DNA from: a virus
Lineage: Duplodnaviria > Caudoviricetes
IMG/VR virus record: IMGVR_UViG_3300047476_000161
Coordinates: 1 to 61,650 of that record
Reading direction: 5' to 3' (one strand)
DNA length: 61,650 bases
Below are positions 1 through 9,886 of the stretch, piece after piece (the first letter of the stretch is position 1; the number at the start of each line of letters is the position of its first letter). A model generated the notes under the pieces. That model worked only from the letters and a program-made list of their open reading frames with translations. It searched no databases and was not told the origin of the DNA. Made by a program: the position numbers and the translations under genes.

Positions 1-18
1 TTGATTGTCTGGGTATCT

Positions 19-984
19 TCATTCATTTTCTAGTTCTTCCAATTCTTCTTCGCTTAGGTTTTCTGCATCATACTCGGCCTTTTCACGGTCGAGTGCAGCT
101 ACAATAGTTTTGCACAAGAACCTGTAAGCGTCTGCATCATTGTCTTGGCTACCTTCGTGGCCACCTGGAATCCAAGTCTTGCGAGTGCTGTGCATAAACG
201 AATCGATAAACACACCCTTGAGGTAGTCTGTTAGTAACTCAATCAGTTTAGCATCTTCATTTTCTGCAAGCATCTCACCTGCAATTAGTTTAACATCAAC
301 AAGACGGCTATAACGATAAGCATCGCCCTGTAGGTATCGTGCGGCTTTATTGACGCTTCGATAATGATGTAGGCGCTCGAAACTCAATGTGCGAGCAATA
401 AACTGTTGTCGTCGTTCTGCAGGAATGTCTTTAAGGAACGGCAATAGTTCTTCATCAGGGTTACGCATAAGGTCAAGTAGTGCAGGTAGGTCCGCAATAA
501 TCTCTTTAAACCCGTAGCTGATATAATTGTTGCCCCAGCCGTGCGTACCTTTGCCATCACCTACATACTCTTCAACCTTGTAGTTAGCAAGGATATCATC
601 TACTACATCCTTACGGAACATTGTAAACTGTAGCTTAGTGCCGCGAACACTCAGTCGGTCTTCGTGCACTGCTTCGAAAAACAATTCTTCACTAAAGTCT
701 TTCTTTGTAACTGCAATGTCGTGATACTCGTTATCACCCACATCAAGCTCGTCAAGGTCTTCTCGAATAGCACTAAGGATTAGATTAAGTGCAACACCAG
801 AACTATTCTCGCCGCCGCCGTAATCGTTATACTCGCTAGTAAATGGAAGTAGCAGAGGTCGATATAGACTAGTAGTGTAGCAATGACTGTCATCACGCTT
901 GTCCTCAAGGACAAACACATACACAGGAGAACCAGCAGTAATGTGCAGGCTAGTTAGTCCGCAAGTTTTGTTCCAGCAACCCAT
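19..984 (-). CDS. Hypothetical phage protein, 321 aa
   Basis: Long ORF in the dominant orientation; N-terminal MGCWNKTC motif and acidic tail; no recognised function. Confidence 0.8.
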   Translation of the reverse strand: MGCWNKTCGLTSLHITAGSPVYVFVLEDKRDDSHCYTTSLYRPLLLPFTSEYNDYGGGENSSGVALNLILSAIREDLDELDVGDNEYHDIAVTKKDFSEELFFEAVHEDRLSVRGTKLQFTMFRKDVVDDILANYKVEEYVGDGKGTHGWGNNYISYGFKEIIADLPALLDLMRNPDEELLPFLKDIPAERRQQFIARTLSFERLHHYRSVNKAARYLQGDAYRYSRLVDVKLIAGEMLAENEDAKLIELLTDYLKGVFIDSFMHSTRKTWIPGGHEGSQDNDADAYRFLCKTIVAALDREKAEYDAENLSEEELEELENE

Positions 985-992
985 ATTATACC

Positions 993-1139
993 TTACTTGT
1001 AATCTGCTCGACGCAGGAATTTAACAGGACGATTAATGTAAACGCCAGAGTGTAGCTCACGTTTACACAACCACCACGCACTATGATTCAAACCCATCCC
1101 GCCCGGAATGTAGTTCACGACAAATTCTGTCATTTCCAT
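993..1139 (-). CDS. Small hypothetical protein (48 aa)
   Basis: ORF track 993..1190; ATG at 1139, just after the upstream stop, is the likelier start. Confidence 0.5.
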   Translation of the reverse strand: MEMTEFVVNYIPGGMGLNHSAWWLCKRELHSGVYINRPVKFLRRADYK

Positions 1140-1143
1140 TTTA

Positions 1144-1524
1144 TTACCAGTTGTTACGGTCGTTAAGCCCAAGAGCGTGTTTTTCTTCATCGCTCAACTT
1201 TGCAAATGCTTGGCGACGCAGATTGCTCAGGCGTTCTGCTTCTGCACGTTCTTCTGCCTTGCTTTGCAATTCCCATTCGAGGTTTTCAAGGAAGGATTGC
1301 GAAGTAGGATTGTGTGCTACTGCAAACACATATTCATCGCGAGAATCAAGGTCACGGAGGTTGAACATTCCGTCGCGAACTTGCAGTTCAAAATTGTTCT
1401 TAGTAGTTGCTTCTTCTAACGCTTGCATCAAACGAGTAGGATATGCAGCCTGTTCTTCTGCAAGTTGGCGGGCAAGGAAAGCATCGCGTTCTGCTTGCAA
1501 TTCTGCCTTAGTCTTACGTGCCAT
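1144..1524 (-). CDS. Hypothetical early protein, 126 aa
   Basis: GGAG SD and sigma70 promoter upstream; C-terminal AFAKLSDEEKHALGL resembles ALAKLTPEEKRVLNL of the neighbouring gene. Confidence 0.8.
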   Translation of the reverse strand: MARKTKAELQAERDAFLARQLAEEQAAYPTRLMQALEEATTKNNFELQVRDGMFNLRDLDSRDEYVFAVAHNPTSQSFLENLEWELQSKAEERAEAERLSNLRRQAFAKLSDEEKHALGLNDRNNW

Positions 1525-1554
1525 TTTCTACTCCGTTTTGTTTACAATACAAGT

Positions 1555-1583
1555 ATTATAGCGCCAATTGAATTTTAGGTCAA
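1555..1583 (-). promoter_or_regulatory. Sigma70-type early promoter TTGACC-N17-TATAAT
   Basis: Near-consensus hexamers with 17-nt spacer; close sequence sister of the promoter at 28093-28121. Confidence 0.8.
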
Positions 1584-1865
1584 ATTGAGCACTCGTTTTT
1601 CTTCTGGCGTTAGTTTGGCAAGGGCCGATTTACGAAGCGCCTTTGCTTCTTCTGCCTGACGTTTAGCTTCCATTGCCTTAGCATCATCAATCTTGTGTTG
1701 AGTCCACCAAGTGTTAGTTTCTTTATTTTTTAGTACTTTGTTATTAGGATCAATTCGCTCGAGTTCTGCTAGTGCACGGCAGGCAATGCGAGCGAGTTTA
1801 TCACGCAATTCCTTGCCGGTATCACGGGCAGGTGTGTAGTCTGGTTCATAGCTCATACAGGGCAT
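1575..1865 (-). CDS. Hypothetical early protein, 96 aa
   Basis: AAGGAG SD; shares the C-terminal ALAKLTPEEK-type motif with 1144..1524. Confidence 0.8.
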   Translation of the reverse strand: MPCMSYEPDYTPARDTGKELRDKLARIACRALAELERIDPNNKVLKNKETNTWWTQHKIDDAKAMEAKRQAEEAKALRKSALAKLTPEEKRVLNLT

Positions 1866-1890
1866 AATCTTCTCCTTTGTGTAATTACTG

Positions 1891-2175
1891 TTAAACTTTG
1901 CGCCAGAGTTGGAACTCTACACGGAACAAAGTGATAGCAAAACCACGTACTTTAGTATTAGTTGGCTTACGAACGCCAAACCACTTAGCACCCTTGACCA
2001 CATCGAAGCCTACATCGGCAAAATCTAGAGCAAAGGAACCGGCAATCAAAACAACCATCAAGGGCCAAAAAACAGTAGCAAAGATTACTACTTGGCAGTC
2101 CTCGCGTGGCGTGCGAACAGCGGCAATAGCTTGCAGAACAAAAATAACTGCCACGTAACCAATTGCATATTCCAT
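1891..2175 (-). CDS. Small membrane protein
   Basis: Two hydrophobic segments; GGAG SD at 2182-2185 favours ATG at 2175. Confidence 0.7.
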   Translation of the reverse strand: MEYAIGYVAVIFVLQAIAAVRTPREDCQVVIFATVFWPLMVVLIAGSFALDFADVGFDVVKGAKWFGVRKPTNTKVRGFAITLFRVEFQLWRKV

Positions 2176-2206
2176 CTTCAACTCCTGTTTGTTGCTGTCT
2201 ATGTAT

Positions 2207-2240
2207 GTATTATAGCAGTTTTGGATTTATTGAGCAAATT
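2207..2240 (-). promoter_or_regulatory. Repeated early promoter TTGCTC-N17-TATAAT with extended -10 (TGc)
   Basis: 33/34 identical to the copies at 46919 and 47208. Confidence 0.8.
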
Positions 2241-2364
2241 GTTCTGTAGTACTTTTGTAGTTAATTAGGAATTCTACCATTTGGGCAAAGTTGCGCTCTG
2301 CTTGCTGGTCACGTTGTAGCCATTCTTGTTCAGTTGCTTCGAGGATAGAGGCTGCATAGTTCAT
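2227..2364 (-). CDS. Small 45-aa ORF not in the ORF track (MNYAASILEATEQEW...EQFAQ)
   Basis: Hand-translated; CAGGAG SD upstream; stop lies inside the promoter repeat. Confidence 0.6.
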   Translation of the reverse strand: MNYAASILEATEQEWLQRDQQAERNFAQMVEFLINYKSTTEQFAQ

Positions 2365-2385
2365 TGTAAAACTCCTGTTTTAAGA

Positions 2386-2583
2386 TTAAGCGACTTTGCG
2401 CTGGGGGAAAGAAATAACGTTTTGGGCTGGAAAGTTGGAGCGATCCAGGGCGAAACATACTGCAACTTCGTAAACATCGAATGTTGCATAGTACGTATTG
2501 TTACGATACACAGTATAACACTTTTCGTTTACTTTGTAAACTTCTGCATTAGTAATGCAGCTTTTGATGAGCAGTTTATTCAT
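2386..2583 (-). CDS. Hypothetical protein, 65 aa
   Basis: AAGGA SD, TATAAT at 2614-2619 upstream, fills the gap in the early array. Confidence 0.55.
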   Translation of the reverse strand: MNKLLIKSCITNAEVYKVNEKCYTVYRNNTYYATFDVYEVAVCFALDRSNFPAQNVISFPQRKVA

Positions 2584-2659
2584 TGCAGTGTCCTTTGCGC
2601 TGTAACTGTAGTTATTATACAGTCACTTCTAGCTCAAAAGACACTTTGATAGAAAAAAT

Positions 2660-3124
2660 TTAGTGTTGTTTTTTCGCCGCAATGTAGGCGTTGTTTTCTA
2701 TCCATTGTAAGGATTTTGTAAGGAATCCCCACTCGCGTTGTTGACGTCCGGGCATAAACAATGTCCAACATTCTACACCAGGATCTACTTCGATGCGATG
2801 GAAACTTGTAGCACTGCAAGTCCTAAAGTGACCAGGTCCGCGCCACTTTTGCATTTCACCGATCTTCTTGCCTTTGCCGTCAAACATCGGCACCCATTCC
2901 CAGTAGCCGCCTTTTAGTACTAAGGTAGCATAAGGCCAAGGGTGGTCGTGGAGGTCATCGGGGTCAGACTTTAAAAACTTGTGCAAGAACACATTAAACG
3001 GAAAACGCTTTCTATCTTTAAGGAATAGGTAATAGCGTTCAAGGTAAGGTTCGTTGCTTTCACGGTCTAAAATGATGCGTTTTCGACCTAGTTTTTCGAG
3101 GATTTTTGCAATAAAATGGATCAT
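2660..3124 (-). CDS. Cupin-fold metal-binding protein
   Basis: LHDHPW...FHRIEV cupin His pattern; AAGGAG SD. Confidence 0.7.
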   Translation of the reverse strand: MIHFIAKILEKLGRKRIILDRESNEPYLERYYLFLKDRKRFPFNVFLHKFLKSDPDDLHDHPWPYATLVLKGGYWEWVPMFDGKGKKIGEMQKWRGPGHFRTCSATSFHRIEVDPGVECWTLFMPGRQQREWGFLTKSLQWIENNAYIAAKKQH

Positions 3125-3143
3125 AAGTGCTCCTTATGATCCT

Positions 3144-3172
3144 AGTGTAGCATACTGCTAATTAAATGTCAA
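3144..3172 (-). promoter_or_regulatory. Sigma70-type promoter TTGACA-N17-TACACT
   Basis: Consensus -35, TG-extended -10, upstream of 2660..3124. Confidence 0.7.
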
Positions 3173-3173
3173 A

Positions 3174-4001
3174 TTAGCGTTTAGGTCTAAACACCCTAAT
3201 TCCGCCTTTGCTTAAATCGTAACCACTAGGCCAGCTAATAGTTACATCACCATCGCTAGGGTTATTGTTTTTACCACTGCTAGGTGTTTGGTTACCTCCG
3301 CAAAACGTAACCTTATTTCCTTGCCTAGTATAGATAAAGTTAACGTGACTGAATGGCCATAACACTACATCGCCTGGCTGTGCATCTTTTGGATTTACTT
3401 CTGTGTTGATTAGGCTAGCTGTTTGCCTTGCACCTGCACATTGGTAATATTTGTATCCAGAGTTTTTAAGAGCAAAGTTAACAAAACCTGCACACCAAGC
3501 AGTTTGATCAGTATTCCAGCAAGCACCGGGACCGATGCCTAGATTCTTCCAAATACCCGTAATGTTTGGATTGCTAGGTCTTCCGCCCTGCCCGCTTTCA
3601 CGCCACATACCCCTTTTAGCTTCTTCGAGAATTTTATTAAGGAAAGGAATAATGTCTCCTGCTGCTGCTTCGGAACTAGGTGGAAGTTCTTTTGCATCAG
3701 TTGCATCTTCAGGAGGTGGGTTATAGTTACCTTTAACACCTGCTTCACTTGCTGCTGCATTTTGAAATGCGCCTGGGTTGGCCAAGTAATTATCTGTAGA
3801 TGCGTTAGCCTCTGCTTGTTTAACAGGATCAATAGTTACTGCGGGGTCTGCAGAAATACTAGAAAACGCAGAGCTTGCCCCAGGCTCTTCCCATAGCGCA
3901 ACTAATTTGTTATTAGCATATACGTTGGTACTATGGAAAACATCCTTAACTTCCGGTAAGCCGGAATCGCCTTGACTAGTTGATCCTGTTACGTATGGCA
4001 T
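3174..4001 (-). CDS. CHAP/NlpC-P60-like (TIGR02594-type) peptidoglycan hydrolase with N-terminal extension
   Basis: AWCAGFVN, PGDVVLW, SHVNFI and GGNQ motifs. Confidence 0.7.
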   Translation of the reverse strand: MPYVTGSTSQGDSGLPEVKDVFHSTNVYANNKLVALWEEPGASSAFSSISADPAVTIDPVKQAEANASTDNYLANPGAFQNAAASEAGVKGNYNPPPEDATDAKELPPSSEAAAGDIIPFLNKILEEAKRGMWRESGQGGRPSNPNITGIWKNLGIGPGACWNTDQTAWCAGFVNFALKNSGYKYYQCAGARQTASLINTEVNPKDAQPGDVVLWPFSHVNFIYTRQGNKVTFCGGNQTPSSGKNNNPSDGDVTISWPSGYDLSKGGIRVFRPKR

Positions 4002-4003
4002 AA

Positions 4004-4297
4004 TTAAGCAGGCATTGCAATACCAGTAGTAGCTTGCATATACTGGCTACCGACTTGGCTGTTAGTTGTGCCAATCGCTAGCACGTGTTGTAGTTTAATC
4101 TTAATGCTGTTCTGCACATCGCTAGTTAGCATAAAGGGTGTTAGGGCAGGACCTTGTGGCCCCATACCTAGACTAACTGGCTTACTAATATTTAGGTAGT
4201 CTGCTGTTTCGTCTTCTAAACGTGCAACAACTTCCTCTCCTGATACTAGCTTTAGGCTGATGATATCGCCCACTTTGTAAGGTACTGTAATTAACAT
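4004..4297 (-). CDS. Sm/LSm-like fold phage protein
   Basis: SLKLVSGEEVVARL N-terminal pattern typical of T4-like Sm-like proteins. Confidence 0.55.
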   Translation of the reverse strand: MLITVPYKVGDIISLKLVSGEEVVARLEDETADYLNISKPVSLGMGPQGPALTPFMLTSDVQNSIKIKLQHVLAIGTTNSQVGSQYMQATTGIAMPA

Positions 4298-4318
4298 ATG
4301 TGTCTCTCTGTAAAATGT

Positions 4319-4564
4319 TTAAGCAGGATGTTTAGCTGTCCACGCTTTTAGTTGTTCAAATCCGCCGATGCACTCGTCGTCAATAAAGATCTGAGGAACG
4401 GTACGAGGAATTTGACCAATTCTCTGTGATAGTTCTGCAATCATTGCTTCCCTATTGTCTGCACTGATATAGTGTTCAATGTAGTCCCAATTTCTAGCTT
4501 TGAATAAATTCTTAGCTTGTACGCAAAAAGGGCAAGCGTCTTTAGTGTAAATTTCTATCTTCAT
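4319..4564 (-). CDS. Glutaredoxin
   Basis: CPFC, TVPQIF and IGG motifs; follows nrdB. Confidence 0.9.
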   Translation of the reverse strand: MKIEIYTKDACPFCVQAKNLFKARNWDYIEHYISADNREAMIAELSQRIGQIPRTVPQIFIDDECIGGFEQLKAWTAKHPA

Positions 4565-4567
4565 ATC

Positions 4568-5668
4568 TTATAGTGCAGGTAGTGCATCGTAGTCGATGCT
4601 GTCGCCCATAACACCAATTACATAGTTTGTTGATTCATTTTCCTGCAATGCTGTTTGCTTCTTGCTAGGATCGCTGTGTTTATTAAACCAAGGAATAGGA
4701 TTACTCTTAGGGGCAGGTAGAGTGTATTTAATGCCAATGTCTGCAAGAGCAGCTTTAGCAGTGTAATCTACGAACTCTTTAAGAATAGGAGCGTTCAAGC
4801 CGATGACAGGTCCTTTGATAAACAGGTAATCTGCCCATTCCTTTTCTTCACGGATAACATCTAAGTATAACTGGTATACTTCTGCTTCGCACTCTATTTT
4901 TGCTCGAGCAAAGCGTGGATCTTCCTTAACAACTTGATTGATAAGATAAGCAGTCCAGTCTTTGTGTAGTAATTCATCTTGTAGAATTAAGCCGATGATG
5001 TTGCCGTTACCAATAAAGATTTTGTTCTCTACCATTGCAAGGCTTGTAGCAAATGATACCATAAAGCGGAATGCTTCTAGTGCATAGCTTGCATTTAGCG
5101 CAAGCCAAATTGCCTTGATATGCTGTGGCTCCAGGACTTCTAGACCGATTTCTTTTTGGCAGTTGATAACGTGTAGTGCATCATAGTAACTGCCTACGCT
5201 ACTTGCCATTTCAACAATAGGCTTAGTGTCGTGAATAGTGTTAAACACTTCCTTAGGCACGTTGTAGATGTTACGGATGATGTGACTGTAGCTACGGCTG
5301 TGGATGTTTGTTTCAAAGAAACTCCAATTATACATTAGAGCTTCTAATTCAGGTAGACTTACAACTGGCGTGAATACTTGCGCCGGGCCTCGGCCTTGTA
5401 AACTATCCAATGCAGTCTGGCGAAGTAAGTTGCTAGTAAAAATGTGCTTGACAGCATCGCTAGCGTCTTTAAAGTCACCTGCGTCTTTGGTTAAGCTAAC
5501 TTCTTCGGGAACCCAAAAGAAGCCACGTGCGGTTTGTTCAATCTTTTGAATCTTAGGATATTTAACTTCTTCGAATCTCTGGATAGTAACTGGACCTTCT
5601 GGGTCCAGGAACATCTTTCGGCTCAAGTAATCTGTTTTTGTAGTTAAATTATATTGTTGTTTACTCAT
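4568..5668 (-). CDS. nrdB: Ribonucleotide reductase class Ia beta subunit
   Basis: FWVPEE, LLRQTALDSLQGR, ETNIHSRSY, LEAFRF and DELLH di-iron motifs. Confidence 0.95.
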   Translation of the reverse strand: MSKQQYNLTTKTDYLSRKMFLDPEGPVTIQRFEEVKYPKIQKIEQTARGFFWVPEEVSLTKDAGDFKDASDAVKHIFTSNLLRQTALDSLQGRGPAQVFTPVVSLPELEALMYNWSFFETNIHSRSYSHIIRNIYNVPKEVFNTIHDTKPIVEMASSVGSYYDALHVINCQKEIGLEVLEPQHIKAIWLALNASYALEAFRFMVSFATSLAMVENKIFIGNGNIIGLILQDELLHKDWTAYLINQVVKEDPRFARAKIECEAEVYQLYLDVIREEKEWADYLFIKGPVIGLNAPILKEFVDYTAKAALADIGIKYTLPAPKSNPIPWFNKHSDPSKKQTALQENESTNYVIGVMGDSIDYDALPAL

Positions 5669-5683
5669 AGTCTAGTATTATAC

Positions 5684-8011
5684 TTATAGCTTGCAAGATT
5701 CGCAATCGTCTCCGTAGTCTTCTTCGGCTGCTTGGATAAACACAGGAGCTTCTTCTTCCTGCTGTGCTTTAGACCCTGACTTGTTAATCAAACTGTAGTA
5801 GAAGGTCTTGATACCCCAATGGTGTGCCAACATTAAGTTCTTAGCAATTAGAGTAGCAGGAACTTTTCTGTCAATGAAGTGAGCAGGATTATAGAATGTG
5901 TTAGTGCTGATACTTTGATCCGTATAGGCAGAGATAACTGCCGCAGTCTTTAGGTATCCAACACAATCAGTCTGTTCCCACATTAGCTGATACTTGTTCT
6001 TTAGCTTGTGGTACTCGGGTACAACTTGTGTAAATGAGCCAGCCTTAGATTCCTTAGTTGAAATTAAGCTCATTGGCATTTCGATACCGTTAGTAGAGTT
6101 AATAACAACTGAGCTAGACTCAACCGGAGCAACTGCACTATTAGTTGCATTGCGGACCCCGTACTTGATCATCTCAGCACGTAATGGCTCCCAATCTAAT
6201 TCAGGAGTAAAGTCTGTTAATTCATTAACACCGTTGGCACGTAATTCCCAAGGGAATTTACCTTGTCCATAACGTGTCTTGTCGCTATGTAAGCACTTGC
6301 CGCGTTCTTTAGCTAGTTCTACACTAGCTTCTGTTAGGTAATATGATTGATGTTCTTGCCAAGATTTAACTTCTGCTAGTGCATCCTTGTCTCCGTAACG
6401 TAGGCCGCGCTTGGCGTGCCAGTATGCTAGGTTAGTAATACCAATACCTAGAGGACGGATCTCATCGTTGCTTAACTTAGACTGAATAGATAAAAAGTCT
6501 TGATAGTCAAGAATGTTATTAAGGCTGCGATGCAGAATGCGGCAAGCACGACGCATATCTTCTGGATTTCTGAATGCTCCCCAGTTGATACTACCGAGTG
6601 TACATAGCGCAATGCGGCCGGTATCGTCGTCAAGACGCTTAAAAGGAACAGTAGGTAATAGGATTTCACAGCATAAGTTACTTTGATAAATGGTATGGTA
6701 CTCAGGATCGAAAGGACCTTGATTCATTACGTTATCGATGAACACTAAGTACACACGACCTGTATCAGTGCGCTCTTTAAGGATGCCGCCTTTGAATACA
6801 TCTTCTGCATTCATTGTCTTTTTACGGAGGCCGGGTGTGTTCTCATACTTTACATAGAGTTCTTCAAACAGTGCAGTGTTTGAGTAGAAGGCTTCGTATA
6901 AGTCAGGAACTTCATTAGGATCAAAGAACGTTATGTTTTCTTTGTTTTTAAATCGTCTGAAGAAGAAAGCACTAAGCACAACCCCATAATCCAAATGACG
7001 GACTCGGGTTTCTTCTGTTCCTTGGTTGTTCTTAAGGACGATAAGATCATCAAACTGATGATGCCAAATAGGATAAAAAACTGTAGCACTAGCATTACGA
7101 ATACCTCCTTGTGAGCACGAACGTAGGTCACCGAACCACTTCTTCAAGAATGGAATCATACCTGTGTGCATAATTTCGCCTCCACGAATAGGCGAACCGA
7201 GCGGGCGTAGGCGACCAATCTCTAAACCAATGCCGGCACGTTTGCTAGCATACTTGGCCATCATTTCGCCCGAAGCAAAAATAGAGTCCAAATCGTCGTC
7301 GGAGCGAATAAGAACGCAGGATGAAAATTGCTTTGTAGGAGTGCCCAGGCCTGCAAGCACAGGAGTAGCAAGAGTAAACAAACCGTCGCTAGCCGCATTA
7401 TAATATTCCTTAATGTAACGAAGACGAGCAGCGTTAGGTTCCTCTTTATGGAACACAGTAGCGGCTGCTACCATATAACGAACCTGCGGAGTTTCGTAGA
7501 TTTCTTTAGTTGCACGATTGCGAACTAGATACTTTTCAATTAGTTGTTCGATAGCTGCATAGCTATACTGTTCATCTTTTTCGTGGTCGATGATATCTTC
7601 CATCTTATCCCAGTCGGCTTCTGTATACCACTCTAATAGTTCCGGGGTATATAAACCAACTGCAACGTTCTTCTTGACGATATCGTATAAGCGTGGAGGA
7701 TCGTAATCTCCGTATACATCTTTACGTAACATACTTAGACGTTGCTTGCCTGCTACGTATTGATAATTAACGTGACCGATATCCGAATTAGACTCTACGT
7801 CAATCAAATCTACAATAGCACGTAATGTAATTTCGTCGATTTCTTTAGTTGTAATCCCATCATAGAAATGAGGCTGTGCCTTAATCTCTATCATAGATTG
7901 ACTAACGTCTGCGATTCCTTTACATACCTTTGCAATTTGAGCTTGCCACTTTTCAACGGCTAAGGGCTCTCTTCGTTCGTCCCTTTTTATTACAAAAATT
8001 TGTTTAGACAT
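5684..8011 (-). CDS. nrdA: Ribonucleotide reductase class Ia alpha subunit
   Basis: N-terminal ATP-cone (VIKRD), QFSSCVLI, SNLCCEI, C-terminal CESCKL; ATG 8011 preferred over GTG 8020. Confidence 0.95.
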   Translation of the reverse strand: MSKQIFVIKRDERREPLAVEKWQAQIAKVCKGIADVSQSMIEIKAQPHFYDGITTKEIDEITLRAIVDLIDVESNSDIGHVNYQYVAGKQRLSMLRKDVYGDYDPPRLYDIVKKNVAVGLYTPELLEWYTEADWDKMEDIIDHEKDEQYSYAAIEQLIEKYLVRNRATKEIYETPQVRYMVAAATVFHKEEPNAARLRYIKEYYNAASDGLFTLATPVLAGLGTPTKQFSSCVLIRSDDDLDSIFASGEMMAKYASKRAGIGLEIGRLRPLGSPIRGGEIMHTGMIPFLKKWFGDLRSCSQGGIRNASATVFYPIWHHQFDDLIVLKNNQGTEETRVRHLDYGVVLSAFFFRRFKNKENITFFDPNEVPDLYEAFYSNTALFEELYVKYENTPGLRKKTMNAEDVFKGGILKERTDTGRVYLVFIDNVMNQGPFDPEYHTIYQSNLCCEILLPTVPFKRLDDDTGRIALCTLGSINWGAFRNPEDMRRACRILHRSLNNILDYQDFLSIQSKLSNDEIRPLGIGITNLAYWHAKRGLRYGDKDALAEVKSWQEHQSYYLTEASVELAKERGKCLHSDKTRYGQGKFPWELRANGVNELTDFTPELDWEPLRAEMIKYGVRNATNSAVAPVESSSVVINSTNGIEMPMSLISTKESKAGSFTQVVPEYHKLKNKYQLMWEQTDCVGYLKTAAVISAYTDQSISTNTFYNPAHFIDRKVPATLIAKNLMLAHHWGIKTFYYSLINKSGSKAQQEEEAPVFIQAAEEDYGDDCESCKL

Positions 8012-8079
8012 TATTCTCACTCTGTTATTTTATTGTTCGGTATTTAAGTAGTTGTCATATTCAATAACAACTGCTTTTA

Positions 8080-8514
8080 TCAAACTAATTTTCTTAATTC
8101 TTGACTATCAAAAATATTTAATATTTCCAACAACTCTGTGTCAGTCGCGGACATAGTACTATTATAAGTCATAACAACCTCTGAATCAATGATCAGAGCA
8201 AGTATATTTTGCTTTTGCACTCTGTCACTGATGATAGAAAGTTGTATGCTAGACAAGTCTATGTCTGCCAAGGTAAGAGTATACCATATCCCTAATATGA
8301 TGCTATTAGCGCATTGTTCTTCTTGGTACAATAGTGTCCAAGGATTTGGCCAAGACTCTTGCTTCCAAGGATCAAAAGTCCTGCGTATAGCAGGACTTGA
8401 TTTCCACCATACAGAAACTTCTTGCAAAGCTACTGCCGGTGGTAGTGTTTCAATTGAATTACGAAGTGCACGCCAAGATTTATATCGTGCCTGTAAACCT
8501 GCTGACCACAACAT
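8080..8514 (-). CDS. Hypothetical protein, possibly transglutaminase-like
   Basis: WPNPWTLL...QCAN motif; TAATG overlap with the upstream gene gives start 8514. Confidence 0.65.
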   Translation of the reverse strand: MLWSAGLQARYKSWRALRNSIETLPPAVALQEVSVWWKSSPAIRRTFDPWKQESWPNPWTLLYQEEQCANSIILGIWYTLTLADIDLSSIQLSIISDRVQKQNILALIIDSEVVMTYNSTMSATDTELLEILNIFDSQELRKLV

Positions 8515-9185
8515 TAATTTGTTCTCCAAGCTCTAACTGAATAATAGAATGTAGCATCGTATGCGTCTGTGTTAGTAAACGTGATAGATATCACTCCGTC
8601 TGCTAACGTCGCTGCTAATTCTACTTTAGGTTGGCTTGGACCGGCAGTTATGCCGTTAACTACATAGTCTAAGTTACCATCGTGAACGATAATATAAATG
8701 TTACCGATTTGCTTGTAACCATTACCGCTAACGCTGTAATCTAGCACAATACTGTTAGTAGAGGCTTCTGTAAATTTAACAGTAGACTCAGTAAATGTAG
8801 TTGTGTTTCCTGCTAGGGTTGCAGTTAAGGTTTCAATAACAGACGCTTGTCCTTTAAAGGACAATTCATTATTATAGCTTAATGCGATTGTTGCACCTGC
8901 AGGCGGTGTTGATAAAAATGTAGCTGTTCCTGTTGTTCCTGTCCAGTTAACTGTAATAGGAGCAGGTACTCCGTTAACTTTGGCGTGAACAATAGAACCG
9001 AATTTGATTTTAGTTAAGTCGATACTGTACGTAGTTGTAGTTCCGTCTGCTACTAACGTTTGCGGTAAGGTACCTAGGAACAATCTATTAGAATCTTCAG
9101 CAAGACCAAATTCACCTGTGTCTAATGCTGTTATATCTTGTTCTAAGCCTGTTCTTACTTGTATCGTTGCGATCTGTGTTGTCAT
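8514..9185 (-). CDS. Virion structural protein with Mtd-N-like N-terminal domain
   Basis: IQVRTG...LDTGEFGLAEDSNRLFLG motif, Thr-rich beta body. Confidence 0.65.
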   Translation of the reverse strand: MTTQIATIQVRTGLEQDITALDTGEFGLAEDSNRLFLGTLPQTLVADGTTTTYSIDLTKIKFGSIVHAKVNGVPAPITVNWTGTTGTATFLSTPPAGATIALSYNNELSFKGQASVIETLTATLAGNTTTFTESTVKFTEASTNSIVLDYSVSGNGYKQIGNIYIIVHDGNLDYVVNGITAGPSQPKVELAATLADGVISITFTNTDAYDATFYYSVRAWRTN

Positions 9186-9200
9186 CGTGTGTGGCTCCTA

Positions 9201-9881
9201 TTACATATTTAGTTCATAATACCGACCAACTCGTTCTACCCACTTGTTAGCATAGTCTTTAAATTCAGGGCCTTTAATAACAAATTCTTGATATTCACAA
9301 TTTCTGCTGCACATAAAAATAACTGCTTGATCTATGTCTGTGCCGTATACATTGTTATGTGCGGCAGCGTAGGCGCACATTTGTAGGAAATAGTCTTCGA
9401 TCCAGTCTCTTTTCTTGGGTTTATTGGTAGTTTTATAGTCAACAATAGCAGGTCGACCTTTATACATTGCAATCAAGTCTGTAGTACCTGCGTACAGTTC
9501 AGGGTAATACAATCCTATTTCCATTCCCCATACTTCGTCAATCTGGCTAAGTCCGTGTTCAATAATAGTGTCTGCCATACTACTGGCCATTACACGAACT
9601 TGGTTATTGCCAGCTGGACGATCTTTGCCTAGAATATAATTCTCTAAATGTGTGTGCATTAGTGTACCTAGCCCTGCGCTTTCGGTACTAATGCGTTGTG
9701 CTTCGGACTCGCCTACACGCTTCTTCCATTCCATTAGGAATGTCTTGTCTTTAGTTTTGTCTAGAATAGTTGTAACGCTGGGAACCTTTTGTCCATCGGG
9801 CGTTTGATAAAGTCGTTTGCCGTCTACCTCTACTCGAGGCACTGGCAAATAAGTAAATGGGGGATTGATTGCAATGCTCAT
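9201..9881 (-). CDS. PD-(D/E)xK exonuclease
   Basis: PSVTTIL, GTLMH, AGTTDLI, VDYKT and LQMCAYA motifs. Confidence 0.85.
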   Translation of the reverse strand: MSIAINPPFTYLPVPRVEVDGKRLYQTPDGQKVPSVTTILDKTKDKTFLMEWKKRVGESEAQRISTESAGLGTLMHTHLENYILGKDRPAGNNQVRVMASSMADTIIEHGLSQIDEVWGMEIGLYYPELYAGTTDLIAMYKGRPAIVDYKTTNKPKKRDWIEDYFLQMCAYAAAHNNVYGTDIDQAVIFMCSRNCEYQEFVIKGPEFKDYANKWVERVGRYYELNM

Positions 9882-9886
9882 ACTCT

